This document shows, one piece after another, positions 44,600-55,751 of a DNA stretch of 64,000 nt. Under the pieces are notes generated by a model, which made no database searches, had not been told where the DNA came from, and saw nothing but the letters and a program-made list of their open reading frames with translations. The first letter of the stretch is position 1. Every line of letters begins with the position of its first letter. Source of the DNA: an uncultured Pelolinea sp. (GTDB lineage Bacteria > Chloroflexota > Anaerolineae > Anaerolineales > Anaerolineaceae); contig CBDAFG010000092.1 in NCBI GenBank assembly GCA_965195205.1, forward strand, positions 61,419-125,418, written 5' to 3'. The position numbers and the translations under genes are program-made.

Positions 44600-47038
44600 A
44601 TGCCAGATACTAAAAAGATTATATTACCTATTAAAGGAATGACATGCGCGAATTGTGTTTCCACAATTGAGCGTAATTTAATAAAGCTTGATGGGGTTGA
44701 AGATGTCACTGTTAACCTTTATTCTGAACGAGCTGCTGTTGGTTTCAATAAAACAGAAGTACAAATTAAAGATATTGTAGAGAAAATCAAACGAGCAGGT
44801 TATGATGTTGCGGCAGCAGAAGGCGAATTCATCCTGAAAACCAGCCCGGACACTTCGGATGCCAATAGGGTAAGACGAGCGTTGGGCAAAATTGAGGGGG
44901 TGCTCAGTGTGGATGTAAATTTATCATCCGATAAGATAATTGTGCATTATATTCCGACAATTCTATCTCAAATGAATATTCGGAATTTATTAAAGAAAAT
45001 CGGATTTGAGGTCCTGGTCCTGGGGGGAGACGCTGTTGATCAAGAAGAACTTGCACGTAAGAAAGAAATTCGAAAACAGAAACGTTTACTGGTCACTGGA
45101 ATGATTTTCACAATCCCCCTTTTTATACTATCTATGGGTCGAGATTTTGGGATTATTCCACAAATGATTGGAAAACAGGTTTGGTTTAACTGGGTTATGC
45201 TAGCTCTTGCAACTCCAGTTCAGTTTTATGTTGGTGCCCAATATTATGTGGGTGCGTTTAAGGCGTTGAGGAATGGATCTGCCAACATGGATGTTTTAAT
45301 CGCCATGGGTTCATCGGTAGCTTATTTTTATTCACTATTCGTTATACTGGGCGTTTTGAATGGCCATGTTTATTTGGAAACTGCAGCTGTTATTATCACC
45401 TTGATACGATTGGGTAAATTCCTTGAAGCTAATGCTAAGGGGAGAACTGGTGAAGCGATCAAGAAATTGCTAAATCTTCAACCAAAGGTTGCCAGTGTTT
45501 TAAGAGGGGGTGTTGAAATGCAAATAAAAGCCGAGGATGTTGTGGTTGGAGATATAATGGTCGTAAGACCCGGAGAGAAAATTCCGGTTGATGGCGTTAT
45601 CATTCAGGGGCAGTCAATGGTAGATGAATCAATGCTTACGGGCGAATCTTTACCAAATGACAAGCAAATTGGGGATAATGTGATTGGAAGTACACAAAAT
45701 AAAAACGGTATGTTAAAAATTGAAGCAACCAGGGTGGGAAAAGAAACAACTCTATCACAGATTATTGACCTAGTTGAATCTGCACAAGGCAGCAAGGCAC
45801 CAATTCAGAAATTAGCTGATAGGGTTTCATCGATCTTTGTGCCAATAATACTTGCAATTGCGTTGATTACTTTCCTGGTATGGTATTTCCTTATTCCTAA
45901 TAATATTCCTGGCAACAACACGGATATTTTAGCGAGAGCATTGATAAATGCGGTAGCAGTTTTGGTGATCGCATGCCCATGTGCAATGGGGTTGGCAACA
46001 CCAACAGCAGTTATGGTTGGGACGGGAAAAGCCGCGAGCGAGGGTATTCTTTTCAGATCAGCGGATGCGCTGGAGCGTGCGGAAAAAATTGACACAGTTG
46101 TTATCGATAAAACAGGAACAATCACAAAGGGACACCCTGAATTATCTAGCCTGATTCTGGTTGACCCAGCGGATGATGAGAAGAAAATATTGCGGTTAGC
46201 CGCAAGTGTTGAACAAGGCAGTGAACATCCTTTAGGTGAAGCAATTGTTGCAGAAGCGGGAAATCGCGGTATTGAACTTGTTGAGATAGACAAATTTAAT
46301 GCTATTTCAGGTAAAGGTGTGGAAGCTTTTTATGGCGAAAAAAGATTGTTAATTGGCAACTTGCGATTGATGAAAGATCATCAAATTCAGATCAGTGATG
46401 AAGTTGAGCTGCATCGTACAACAATTGAGGAAAAAGCTGAGACACCCATATACTTTTCAATCGACAAGGAAATTAGGGCGATAATCGGCGTGTCGGATCG
46501 AATTAAGGATAGTTCCTATTCCGCGATTGAGAAATTAAATGCGGATGGCAAACAAGTAATCATGCTAACAGGAGATAGTAAGCATACTGCCAAGGTTATT
46601 GCTGAGCGGGTTGGGATTAGCAAAGTAATTGCAGAAGTTCTCCCGGGAGAAAAAGCAAAAGAGATTTTAAAATTACAGGATTCTGGTTCGATAGTTGCGA
46701 TGGTTGGTGATGGGATAAATGACGCTCCCGCGTTGGCACAGGCCGATTTAGGGATTGCTTTGGGGACTGGCACAGATGTAGCGGTTGCTTCGGCGCCTGT
46801 CACGTTGATGGGGGGCGATCTGAATAGTATAAGGAAAGTCTTTATATTATCGGAAATGACTTTGCGTACGATCAAACAGAATCTTTTCTGGGCATTTATT
46901 TATAACGTGATTCTAATCCCGGTTGCAGCCGTTGGACTATTAAATCCTATGATCGCTGCTGGAGCGATGGGGTTCAGTAGTGTTTTCGTGGTGACCAACA
47001 GCCTTAGATTGGCAAAAAGGAAAATGAAAATCTCGTGA
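44600..47038 (+). CDS. copA: copper-translocating P1B-type ATPase
   Basis: An N-terminal HMA domain carries GMTCANC. Other motifs are TGES, the CPC transmembrane motif [18 protein letters not shown], and GDGINDAP. Confidence 0.95.
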   Translation: MPDTKKIILPIKGMTCANCVSTIERNLIKLDGVEDVTVNLYSERAAVGFNKTEVQIKDIVEKIKRAGYDVAAAEGEFILKTSPDTSDANRVRRALGKIEGVLSVDVNLSSDKIIVHYIPTILSQMNIRNLLKKIGFEVLVLGGDAVDQEELARKKEIRKQKRLLVTGMIFTIPLFILSMGRDFGIIPQMIGKQVWFNWVMLALATPVQFYVGAQYYVGAFKALRNGSANMDVLIAMGSSVAYFYSLFVILGVLNGHVYLETAAVIITLIRLGKFLEANAKGRTGEAIKKLLNLQPKVASVLRGGVEMQIKAEDVVVGDIMVVRPGEKIPVDGVIIQGQSMVDESMLTGESLPNDKQIGDNVIGSTQNKNGMLKIEATRVGKETTLSQIIDLVESAQGSKAPIQKLADRVSSIFVPIILAIALITFLVWYFLIPNNIPGNNTDILARALINAVAVLVIACPCAMGLATPTAVMVGTGKAASEGILFRSADALERAEKIDTVVIDKTGTITKGHPELSSLILVDPADDEKKILRLAASVEQGSEHPLGEAIVAEAGNRGIELVEIDKFNAISGKGVEAFYGEKRLLIGNLRLMKDHQIQISDEVELHRTTIEEKAETPIYFSIDKEIRAIIGVSDRIKDSSYSAIEKLNADGKQVIMLTGDSKHTAKVIAERVGISKVIAEVLPGEKAKEILKLQDSGSIVAMVGDGINDAPALAQADLGIALGTGTDVAVASAPVTLMGGDLNSIRKVFILSEMTLRTIKQNLFWAFIYNVILIPVAAVGLLNPMIAAGAMGFSSVFVVTNSLRLAKRKMKIS

Positions 47039-47104
47039 AATTATATCAATTTGCCTGTTTAACACGCATGGTAAAATTGCCATATTCCATTAGAAAATAC
47101 AAGG

Positions 47105-49129
47105 ATGAATATGACAATAGATAAAAATTTACAAAATGATGCAATTAATACAATTCGTTTCTTATCAGCCGATGGGGTGCAAGCCGCGAATTCTGGTCAC
47201 CCGGGTCTTCCAATGGGATCCGCAGCAATTGCGTACACAATTTGGAAGCGTCATTTAAAAATCAATCCATCGAACCCTGATTGGTTGGACAGAGATCGTT
47301 TTGTTTTGTCAGGTGGTCATGGATCAATGTTGTTATATTCTCTTTTATATCTTTCTGGATATGATTTGTCATTAAATGATTTGAAGAGTTTTCGCCAGTG
47401 GGGGAGTAAAACTCCTGGCCATCCCGAATTTGGAATCACACCAGGTGTAGAAACTACAACAGGACCACTGGGGCAGGGTTTTGCCAATGGAGTTGGAATG
47501 GCGATGGCAGAGACCCATCTGGCAGCAATATTCAATAAACCTGGTTTTGAGGTTATTAATCACTTCGTATATGCAATTGTTACAGATGGTGACCTTATGG
47601 AAGGGGTGACATCAGAAGCTGCATCTTTAGCAGGTCACCTCAAACTTGGTAAATTAATCTATCTATATGACGATAACAGCATTTCAATTGAAGGGTCTAC
47701 TGACATTACGTTTACAGAAGATCGGGCAGCCCGATTTAAGGCATACGGTTGGCATGTCGAGCACGTTGTGGATGGGAATAATGTGGATGAGATCGATTTG
47801 GCAATCGAAAACGCAAAAGTAGATCCACGACCTTCATTAATCATTTGTAAAACCCAGATTGGTTTTGGATTGCCCACTAAGCAAGGAACTGCGGCGGCGC
47901 ATGGAGCTCCTCCCGGTGTGGAAGAATTACGAAAAGCTAAGCAAAACTTGGGTTGGCCGATAGATGTTGATTTTTATGTGCCAGATGAAGTCCTATCTCA
48001 TTTCCGTGAGATCAAGGTGGATGGAGAAAAAGCTGAGTCAAGGTGGCAGGCTGCATTTGAAGCATATCAACAAGACAATTTAGAGCTTGCAGTTGAATTA
48101 AAACGCAGATTTTCCGGAAAACTTCCAGAGCATTGGAAAGATAATTTATTAGATTTCAAAACAGACGAAAAGGGCATGGCGACCAGAAAGTCATCCGGTA
48201 CTGTGTTGAATGCTATTGCAGATTCTACCCCTGAGATTGTTGGTGGTTCAGCGGATTTAGCGCCATCTAATAACACGTGGTTAAAATCCAGCACAGCTTT
48301 TCAATCCGACAATCCCTCTGGAAGAAATATCCATTTTGGTGTACGCGAAAATGGGATGGGATCGATTGTAAATGGGATGGCATACCATGGCGGGATATTG
48401 CCGTATGGTGCAACATTTTTAGTGTTTACAGATTACATGCGGCCGGCAGTGCGCATCTCTGCTCTCTCGCATCTACACACGATATGGGTTTACACACATG
48501 ACAGCATCGGCTTAGGAGAAGATGGGCCCACTCACCAACCTGTTGAACATCTTGTATCATTACGGATAATTCCAAATTTATCTGTTATTCGGCCTGGTGA
48601 TGCAAATGAAGTACGTGAAGCTTGGATCTCGGCTGTTGAAAGGCGTTCTGGCCCAACAGTTCTTGTTTTCAGCCGGCAGAATCTTCCAACGATTGATCGC
48701 TCAAGATTTGCTTCAGCGAAAGGACTACATAATGGAGCATATGTAATTGCGGATCTTGGGGAGAAGAAACCTGACATCATCTTAATGGCAAGCGGATCGG
48801 AAGTGCAGTTGATCATAGATGCTGGTCAGAAACTGGCAGATAATGGACATGGTGTGCGGTTGGTTTCCTTCCCAAGCTGGGATTTATTTAAAAAGCAGCC
48901 ACAGACATATATTGACTCGGTTTTAGATCCAACAATTACAACAAGGTTATCAGTCGAAGCAGGGATTGGTTTGGGATGGGAAAAATGGGTGGGTGAGAAA
49001 GGCGGAATTCTATCTATTGAGACCTTTGGAGCATCTGCTCCAGGTAAAAAGCTTTTTGAAGAATATGGTTTTACAGTAGATAACGTATATCAAACTGCTA
49101 AGAAATTGTTAGAAAAAGGGGGCGAGTAA
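47105..49129 (+). CDS. tkt: transketolase
   Basis: Motifs seen: [17 protein letters not shown], the TPP motif GDLMEG..., and [16 protein letters not shown]. Confidence 0.96.
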   Translation: MNMTIDKNLQNDAINTIRFLSADGVQAANSGHPGLPMGSAAIAYTIWKRHLKINPSNPDWLDRDRFVLSGGHGSMLLYSLLYLSGYDLSLNDLKSFRQWGSKTPGHPEFGITPGVETTTGPLGQGFANGVGMAMAETHLAAIFNKPGFEVINHFVYAIVTDGDLMEGVTSEAASLAGHLKLGKLIYLYDDNSISIEGSTDITFTEDRAARFKAYGWHVEHVVDGNNVDEIDLAIENAKVDPRPSLIICKTQIGFGLPTKQGTAAAHGAPPGVEELRKAKQNLGWPIDVDFYVPDEVLSHFREIKVDGEKAESRWQAAFEAYQQDNLELAVELKRRFSGKLPEHWKDNLLDFKTDEKGMATRKSSGTVLNAIADSTPEIVGGSADLAPSNNTWLKSSTAFQSDNPSGRNIHFGVRENGMGSIVNGMAYHGGILPYGATFLVFTDYMRPAVRISALSHLHTIWVYTHDSIGLGEDGPTHQPVEHLVSLRIIPNLSVIRPGDANEVREAWISAVERRSGPTVLVFSRQNLPTIDRSRFASAKGLHNGAYVIADLGEKKPDIILMASGSEVQLIIDAGQKLADNGHGVRLVSFPSWDLFKKQPQTYIDSVLDPTITTRLSVEAGIGLGWEKWVGEKGGILSIETFGASAPGKKLFEEYGFTVDNVYQTAKKLLEKGGE

Positions 49130-49581
49130 TGCGTGTAGCTATAGGCTGTGATCATGCGGGATTTATCATCAAAGAAGCAGTAATAAAAGCTGTTAGAGAT
49201 TCGGGACATGATCCGATTGATTTGGGAACAACAAATACTGAAAGAGTTGATTTCCCTGATTATGCAGAAAAAGTAGGTAAAGCGATAATTAATGGACAGG
49301 CGGATCGTGGAATTGCGATATGTGGTTCTGGTGTTGGTGTTTGTATTACAGTGAATAAAATGAAAGGAATATATGGTGGGCTGATCAGCAATGTATATTC
49401 TGCTCATCAAGGCGTTGAGCATGATGCGATGAATGTGATGTGTTTAGCTGGGCAGGTGATTGGGCCAGCTTTAGCCCAAGAACTCGTTACCAGTTTTCTA
49501 AACGCTAAACCGTGGAATGCGGATCGATATAAAAATAGAATAAAAAAAATCAAACGAATTGAAGAAGAATTCTTTAAATGA
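49129..49581 (+). CDS. rpiB: ribose-5-phosphate isomerase B
   Basis: Motifs seen: [11 protein letters not shown], the GIAICGSGVG active-site Cys, and a 150-aa length. The TAATG start overlaps the tkt stop. Confidence 0.92.
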   Translation: MRVAIGCDHAGFIIKEAVIKAVRDSGHDPIDLGTTNTERVDFPDYAEKVGKAIINGQADRGIAICGSGVGVCITVNKMKGIYGGLISNVYSAHQGVEHDAMNVMCLAGQVIGPALAQELVTSFLNAKPWNADRYKNRIKKIKRIEEEFFK

Positions 49582-52364
49582 ATAAAAGTAAAAAACTGCA
49601 TCAATTAGGACAATCAATCTGGTTTGACAATATTGGCCGAAATCTGATTAATAATGGGTGGTTGAAGGATCAAATTGAGAAAGAGGTGATTTTTGGTCTA
49701 ACATCTAATCCATCAATATTCAAAAAGGCAATAACCAATGGTACTGGTTATTCAATGGATATTCAAACAATGAGCTGGGCAGGATTAGATACCAAGTCGA
49801 TATACGAATATTTAGTTATCGAAGACATTCGAGATGTTTCAGATCTCTTATTTCCTACATATGAAGCAACGAGGCAAGTTGATGGGTATGTAAGTTTAGA
49901 AGTAGATCCAGAAAATGCTAATAACTCTGATCTTACAATCGAAGAAGCAAAAAGATTGTGGAAACTGGTTGACAGAAAAAACCTGATGATAAAAGTTCCC
50001 GCAACGCCTGCGGGGATTCCTGCCATTAAAGAATTGATTGCATCTGGAATTAATGTAAATGTCACGCTAATATTTTCTGTTAATAGATATTTGGAAGTTA
50101 TAGATGCTTATTTATCCGGATTAGAAGAAAGAATTAAAAATGACTTACCAATTAACCAGATTCATTCAGTCGCTTCATTATTTGTGTCACGTTTAGATGT
50201 GAAAATTGAATCGAAAGTTGCGGATATTATTCAATCTGGAAAAGTTACTGGAAATGAAGTTCAACCGTATCTTGGGAAACTAGCTATTCTGAATGCCCTT
50301 TACGTATATGAAGAATTTAATGATTCAAGAAACTCGGAACGTTTTAAGAAAATCGCTGAGAAAGGTGGAAATATTCAGCGGCCTCTCTGGGCATCAACTG
50401 GAACAAAAAATGCGAACTATTCAGACGTGCTATATGTTGAAGGATTACTTCTGCCTGATACAGTCAATACTGTTCCGCCTCATACCCTGAATGCATTTTT
50501 AGATCACGGAAAATGTGATGTGGTTAATTACTCAGCAGGAAAAAGCGAATTTAGAAATTTAGAAGATAAACTGAAGGATATTGGTGTTAACTTTAAAGAA
50601 GTATGGATTGAACTGGAAGAAGAAGGTGTTGCCGCATTCATTTCTGCACAGGAAGATCTCCTTGAAGCAATAGATAACCAACATGAATTTTTCCAAAGAT
50701 CTTTGGGTGGTTTAAATGCTCAAATAGAAAAACGTATGGAATCCCTTGAATCTGGGGGTTTTCCAGCGAAATTTTTCACTCCTGATGCAGCACTTTGGAC
50801 AAAAGAAACATCTGAGGTGGACGAGGTGTTACATAGATTAGAATGGATTGATGCACCTACATCAAGTAGAGCGATTGTTGATGAAGCAGATAATCTGTTG
50901 AATGAACTTATTAAAGATGGGTTTACTCATGCGCTGGTGCTTGGGATGGGTGGGTCTTCTTTAGCCTCAGAAGTTTTTAGTAAAGTATTCAAAAAAGGGG
51001 GAAAATCGAGTGAAAGAGGCTTAGTTCTCTCAATTTTGGATTCTACAGATCCAATCCAAATTGATGAAAAAACACGTGAAATACCAATTAAAAAAACGCT
51101 TTTTATTATCAGCAGCAAATCTGGAACTACTGCTGAAGTTAAGGCACTTCTCGCCTATTTTTGGAAATTAGTGGAAGAAGTGAAAGAAAAATCACCAGGA
51201 GAGCACTTTGTTGTAATTACGGATCCTGGTACCCCACTTGAGAAATTTGGGTTAGACAAGGGTTTTCGTAAAGTTTTCAGTTCTGATCCGAATGTTGGAG
51301 GCCGATATTCCGCACTGACCGCTTTTGGAATTGTCCCATTAGTATTATCTGGAATAGATGGGCATCAATTCCTCAATGCAGCTAATCGAATGCGGATGAA
51401 ATGCAGCCGTTCATCACCTATAGAGAAAAACCCGGGATTTGCTTTAGGATCAGTTATTGCTGAAGCATATTTTGATGATCGTGATAAAGTGACAATTCTC
51501 ACTGACCCTATCTATAACGATTTTGGTTCCTGGCTGGAACAGCTTATTGCAGAAAGCAGCGGAAAATCAGGTAAAGGAATACTTCCGATTGATCGAGAAC
51601 CAATTGTTCCCGCAGTAGATTACTCAAACGATCGGGTTTTTTATTACTTACGCAGTAGTGGGAAACTGGATGGGCTGGTTGACGCTTTGGTTGATTTAAA
51701 TCATCCGGTTATTGTTTCATATTTAGACGATAAGTTTGACATTGCGGCTGAAATTTATAAATGGGAAATTGCAATTGCGGCAGCTTGTAGTTTTATTCAG
51801 GTGAATCCTTTTAACCAACCAAATGTACAAGAAAGTAAATTGATTACTCATGGAATGATAAGTGCGTACAAGCATAATCCAATTTTAGAGGAAGGAAGTC
51901 TTCTATTTTCAAATAGTGAGTATTCCATTTATGGAAACGCAGAAAAAGCACAAACAGAAAAGGAAATAACTGAAGAATTCTTCACAGTCAATGCAGGTGA
52001 CTATATAAGCATAAACGCATTTTTACCTAGAATTGAAGCGTATGAAAACATGCTTCAACAATTAAGAAAACACCTTCTAAGCAAATATTCTGTTCCCGTA
52101 ACATTGGGATTTGGGCCGAGGTTTTTACATTCTACCGGACAGCTTCATAAAGGTGGGAAGAATAATGGATTGTTCTTGATCATTTTGCAAGATACACCAA
52201 TTGATTTTGAGATTCCGGGTGAAGGAATGAATTTTTCCGTATTAGAAAAAGCGCAAGCATTGGGGGATATGCAGGCGCTTGAAAAGAATAACCGCCGTGT
52301 GTTGCGAATTCATTTGAAACAAAAGACACTGCTTGAAAATGATTTAATCGAATTATTCAAATAA
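49578..52364 (+). CDS. bifunctional transaldolase / glucose-6-phosphate isomerase
   Basis: The N-terminal roughly 370 aa look like transaldolase (GQSIWFDNI, TSNPSIF, LMIKVPAT). The C-terminal roughly 530 aa look like PGI (LGMGGSSL, SKSGTTAE, GGRYSALT). An ATGA overlap links it to rpiB. Confidence 0.9.
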   Translation: MNKSKKLHQLGQSIWFDNIGRNLINNGWLKDQIEKEVIFGLTSNPSIFKKAITNGTGYSMDIQTMSWAGLDTKSIYEYLVIEDIRDVSDLLFPTYEATRQVDGYVSLEVDPENANNSDLTIEEAKRLWKLVDRKNLMIKVPATPAGIPAIKELIASGINVNVTLIFSVNRYLEVIDAYLSGLEERIKNDLPINQIHSVASLFVSRLDVKIESKVADIIQSGKVTGNEVQPYLGKLAILNALYVYEEFNDSRNSERFKKIAEKGGNIQRPLWASTGTKNANYSDVLYVEGLLLPDTVNTVPPHTLNAFLDHGKCDVVNYSAGKSEFRNLEDKLKDIGVNFKEVWIELEEEGVAAFISAQEDLLEAIDNQHEFFQRSLGGLNAQIEKRMESLESGGFPAKFFTPDAALWTKETSEVDEVLHRLEWIDAPTSSRAIVDEADNLLNELIKDGFTHALVLGMGGSSLASEVFSKVFKKGGKSSERGLVLSILDSTDPIQIDEKTREIPIKKTLFIISSKSGTTAEVKALLAYFWKLVEEVKEKSPGEHFVVITDPGTPLEKFGLDKGFRKVFSSDPNVGGRYSALTAFGIVPLVLSGIDGHQFLNAANRMRMKCSRSSPIEKNPGFALGSVIAEAYFDDRDKVTILTDPIYNDFGSWLEQLIAESSGKSGKGILPIDREPIVPAVDYSNDRVFYYLRSSGKLDGLVDALVDLNHPVIVSYLDDKFDIAAEIYKWEIAIAAACSFIQVNPFNQPNVQESKLITHGMISAYKHNPILEEGSLLFSNSEYSIYGNAEKAQTEKEITEEFFTVNAGDYISINAFLPRIEAYENMLQQLRKHLLSKYSVPVTLGFGPRFLHSTGQLHKGGKNNGLFLIILQDTPIDFEIPGEGMNFSVLEKAQALGDMQALEKNNRRVLRIHLKQKTLLENDLIELFK

Positions 52365-52376
52365 CAAACAGAATAA

Positions 52377-53279
52377 TTACCTGGAATTATTTATTGCCAA
52401 GTCCAGAGCTCCAAGAATCCCTGAGTCATCTTTTAATTGGGGCGGGGTAATTAATTCGTGAATATGATCTTCAAGATATTTGCTTTTAATGTAATTGTTT
52501 AATAAATTCTGGGTTTTTCGGTGAATTTTTTCAAACAAGTGGTTTTGGTGCATTACTCCGCCACCAAGAATAATTTTCTGCGGAGATATGGTGCAAATCA
52601 AGTTCATTAAAGCCAAACTGATATAGTCAGCTTCGAGTTCCCACGCCATGTGATGTTTAGGGAGCAGGTTAGGGGAAATATGCCATCTCTCTTCAAGGGC
52701 TGGGCCGCTTGCTAATCCTTCAAAACAATCACGGTGATAGGGGCAAATTCCTATGAAGGGGTCAATACGCTTATCATGTAGAATTTTTATATGCCCAAAT
52801 TCTGGATGTACTAACCCGTGTACTAATTTCCCGTTTATGATGAATCCTCCGCCTATTCCTGTTCCAATTGTTATATAGACGAAGCAATCAATATCTTGGT
52901 TTAATAAGCTTTGAAATTCTCCTAAAGCTGAAGCGTTAACATCGGTATCTATTACTACGTGTGTTTGCAAAGCATCTTCTATTTTCCCTTTAAGGTTAGT
53001 AAATCGCCATTCTAGTTTAGGTGTAGAAGTAATATATCCAAAGGTTTTAGATTCTGGGTCTAGGTCTAATGGGCCAAAACTGCCAACTCCTATGGATTCT
53101 AATTTCACATTAAACGTATTAGTTTGTTCCTGGAAGAAATTACTAATATCCATGATGGTCTGATTGGGGGATAAAGTTGGAAATATTTTTCTTGAGTAAA
53201 TCTTTGATCTGTCTTTGGCGATTAATACAAAGGTTTTCGTCCCGCCAAGTTCAATTGCACCAAATGCTTTTTTTTCCAT
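52377..53279 (-). CDS. ROK-family sugar kinase (fructokinase/glucokinase-like)
   Basis: Motifs seen: FGAIELGGTK N-terminus, TIGTGIGGG, and the zinc motif CPYHRDCFEGLASG. The start could also be 53294. Confidence 0.85.
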   Translation of the reverse strand: MEKKAFGAIELGGTKTFVLIAKDRSKIYSRKIFPTLSPNQTIMDISNFFQEQTNTFNVKLESIGVGSFGPLDLDPESKTFGYITSTPKLEWRFTNLKGKIEDALQTHVVIDTDVNASALGEFQSLLNQDIDCFVYITIGTGIGGGFIINGKLVHGLVHPEFGHIKILHDKRIDPFIGICPYHRDCFEGLASGPALEERWHISPNLLPKHHMAWELEADYISLALMNLICTISPQKIILGGGVMHQNHLFEKIHRKTQNLLNNYIKSKYLEDHIHELITPPQLKDDSGILGALDLAINNSR

Positions 53280-53361
53280 AATATAATTTACCATTACAGA
53301 TATAATTGGGAGGTAAGGTTTCCGTATCTTACAATCTTATTTTATGTTTATATATTTGTAA

Positions 53362-54558
53362 ATGCAAAGGATAAATTATATGGATATCTTTGAAAAATGT
53401 TACCAATATACTCAAGCTAAGGACTTGATCAAGGACGGTTCTTATCCTTATTTTCTTCCTCTTGATGAAAATGAAGGGACTGAAGTAGAGTTTGAAGGCC
53501 AGCGGCTAATAATGTGCGGGTCGAATAATTATCTGGGTTTAACAACGCATCCAAAAGTTAAAAAGGCGGCTAAAGATGCAATTGAAAGATATGGAACATC
53601 TTGTACGGGATCTCGATTTCTTAATGGAACCTTAGCGTTGCATGAAAGACTGGAAAAAGAACTGGCGGAATTTGTTTCAAAGGAAGACTCGCTTATATTT
53701 TCCACTGGAATGCAGGTTAATCTTGGAACTATAAGTGCTCTAACTGGAAGGAGTGATGTATTAATCCTGGATAAGGATGATCACGCCAGTATCGTTGATG
53801 GCGCCCGTTTAGGTTATGGCAAGATTGAGCGTTTCAGGCACAATGATATTGAACATTTAGAAAAAGTGCTTCAATCAATTCCAGAAAATCTTGGAAAGTT
53901 AATTGTCGTTGATGGTGTTTTCAGCATGGGTGGTGATCTGGCAGACTTACCGGCAATTTTACCTTTGGCTAAGAAGTATTCTGCTCGTATCATGGTCGAT
54001 GATGCTCATGGAATGGGTGTGACTGGAAAAGGACACGGTACTGCAGCTCAATTTGGCGTGGAAGATGAAGTTGACTTGATAATGTCCACATTCAGCAAGT
54101 CTTTCGCATCATTGGGCGGGTTTATTGCGGGCGATGAAGACATCATCCATTATATTAAACATAATGCCCGTTCACTGATTTTCAGTGCCAGTATTCCTGC
54201 AGCAAATACTGCGGCTGCTCTTGCGGCATTGGATATTATTCGCAAAGAACCAGAACTTGTAGATCGCGTTAATGTTATTGCGGAAAGGATGAGAAAAGAA
54301 TTAAAACGCATGGGTTTCAATGTGGGTGAGTCCGTTACACCAATTGTCCCTGTGATAATTGGTGATGATAAGAAGACGTTCCAGACATGGAAGAGTTTGT
54401 TTGAGAAGGGCGTGTTTGTGAATCCGGTAATTTCTCCAGCTGTTCCACAGGGAATGCAATTACTGCGAACCAGTTATATGGCTACCCAAACCAATGAACA
54501 AATTGACAAGGTATTGGAGATTTTTCATGATGTGGGGAAAACCCTTGGTGTTATTTAA
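53362..54558 (+). CDS. alpha-oxoamine synthase family PLP enzyme (serine palmitoyltransferase / KBL / BioF-like)
   Basis: Motifs seen: SNNYLGLTTHP, GSRFLNGT, DDAHGMG and the PLP-lysine motif STFSKSFASLGGF, which is of the SPT-like TFSKS type. Confidence 0.85.
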   Translation: MQRINYMDIFEKCYQYTQAKDLIKDGSYPYFLPLDENEGTEVEFEGQRLIMCGSNNYLGLTTHPKVKKAAKDAIERYGTSCTGSRFLNGTLALHERLEKELAEFVSKEDSLIFSTGMQVNLGTISALTGRSDVLILDKDDHASIVDGARLGYGKIERFRHNDIEHLEKVLQSIPENLGKLIVVDGVFSMGGDLADLPAILPLAKKYSARIMVDDAHGMGVTGKGHGTAAQFGVEDEVDLIMSTFSKSFASLGGFIAGDEDIIHYIKHNARSLIFSASIPAANTAAALAALDIIRKEPELVDRVNVIAERMRKELKRMGFNVGESVTPIVPVIIGDDKKTFQTWKSLFEKGVFVNPVISPAVPQGMQLLRTSYMATQTNEQIDKVLEIFHDVGKTLGVI

Positions 54559-54564
54559 ATAAGC

Positions 54565-54593
54565 AAGAAGGAGCTGGTAGCCAGCTCCTTCTT
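54565..54593. terminator. GC-rich hairpin between convergent genes
   Basis: A perfect 13-bp stem aagaaggagctgg / ccagctccttctt with a 3-nt loop. The flanking T-tracts are weak. Confidence 0.55.
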
Positions 54594-54609
54594 AATAATA
54601 TTGATTTGC

Positions 54610-54957
54610 TTAGAAGAGACCCCAATTAAATGAGGTGTTATCTTCCATCATGCTTTGATTCCAAACTTCTCTTCCATATTTTATTTCTGTTGGAAGTCCA
54701 ATCACCGCTTCTGCTTTCTTTCGTGCTGATTCCATCAGCATAGGTGCATAGGGACAATACGGAGTGGTTAGGATCATGTCAATTCCGGCTTTTTCATCGG
54801 TTATCGTAACATTTCGAATTAAACCTAATTGAATAATGTCCATGCCGATTTCTGGATCTCGAACCTTGCGGAACGCGTTCCTGATTTCCTCAACCTTGTC
54901 TGCATGGGTCTCTTCAACATCCCAATGCGGGTGATTAATAATTTTTTCTTCTTCCAT
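54610..54957 (-). CDS. DUF59 / SufT-like Fe-S assembly protein
   Basis: VRDPEIGMDIIQLGLIRNV and TTPYCPYAP motifs of the MIP18/PaaD-like family are present. The gene is co-directional with sufR. Confidence 0.8.
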   Translation of the reverse strand: MEEEKIINHPHWDVEETHADKVEEIRNAFRKVRDPEIGMDIIQLGLIRNVTITDEKAGIDMILTTPYCPYAPMLMESARKKAEAVIGLPTEIKYGREVWNQSMMEDNTSFNWGLF

Positions 54958-54959
54958 AG

Positions 54960-55574
54960 TTAATTAGTTTTTGATATTTTAAAGGAGCAGTGATTATCCC
55001 CATGCTTTTTATGAATGATATCTTTTTCAGAAATTAAAAGCATATTTGCAATCAGAGTTTGGTCGAAAAGGCAGATTTCCGGATGGACTTTTCCAATTTG
55101 GTAAAATGGACAAGCGACTTCTTGGATCTCATATTCGTTATTCGACTTTACCCAATGTATGTCGTATCCTTCATTATCCATTACTGATTTTAATAAATCT
55201 AATCTTCCCTCAAAATCGAGTTTGGCTATTTTCGGTTCATATTCTTTTGTGAGGTCATCTGCCATGTTCTTGAAAATCTTTTTAAAATCTTTATCAGATA
55301 GCGTTTTTTTCATTTGTTCTAATAAGTGATTAGTTAGACGAAAGTACCTTTTTGGAAAATTTTCCTGTCCGCTTTCGGTGAGGAAATATACCAATCTTGG
55401 CCTACCAACTCCATGGCGTTCTTCTTCGGCATTAACAAAACCGTCAGCTTGAAGGCTGGTTAGATGATGTCGAACAGAGATAGCGTTAATCCCAACAGAT
55501 TTCGCTATTTCCACTATTGTTGACCGTGGGTTTGTAACAAGAGTATAGAGGACTTTTTCCCTGGTGCTTTTCAC
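54960..55574 (-). CDS. sufR: SufR-like winged-helix transcriptional regulator
   Basis: An N-terminal wHTH (STIVEIAKSVGINAISVRHHLTSLQADGFV) is followed by a C-terminal Cys cluster (CPFYQIGKVHPEIC = CX12C, plus a third Cys). The gene is divergent from sufCBDSU. Confidence 0.7.
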   Translation of the reverse strand: MKSTREKVLYTLVTNPRSTIVEIAKSVGINAISVRHHLTSLQADGFVNAEEERHGVGRPRLVYFLTESGQENFPKRYFRLTNHLLEQMKKTLSDKDFKKIFKNMADDLTKEYEPKIAKLDFEGRLDLLKSVMDNEGYDIHWVKSNNEYEIQEVACPFYQIGKVHPEICLFDQTLIANMLLISEKDIIHKKHGDNHCSFKISKTN

Positions 55575-55656
55575 GTATATTTATTATTTATCATATTATT
55601 CACAAGTATAACACATAGAATTAACTTGCCAATAATAATGATATTTATAATAAATA

Positions 55657-55697
55657 TTGACCAAATAGCGCTAATGTGGTATACTGCGTTTGGTCAA
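55657..55697 (+). promoter_or_regulatory. suf operon promoter bracketed by a 9-bp inverted repeat (candidate SufR operator)
   Basis: TTGACC (55657-55662), a 17-nt spacer ending in TGG, then TATACT (55680-55685). TTGACCAAA (55657-55665) is the exact inverse complement of TTTGGTCAA (55689-55697). Confidence 0.6.
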
Positions 55698-55751
55698 ATT
55701 TATTACTTTAAAGTTGATCATTAATTAAATATTTCGGAGATTATTTTCCAT

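Noticed and set aside
44600-47038. Second N-terminal HMA-like repeat of CopA lacks the CxxC motif
   Set aside because: Degenerate second metal-binding domains are common in P1B ATPases, so this is not informative.
49578-52364. Transaldolase-PGI fusion as a novelty
   Set aside because: Bifunctional Tal-Pgi proteins are already described in several bacterial groups. It is annotated but not considered new.
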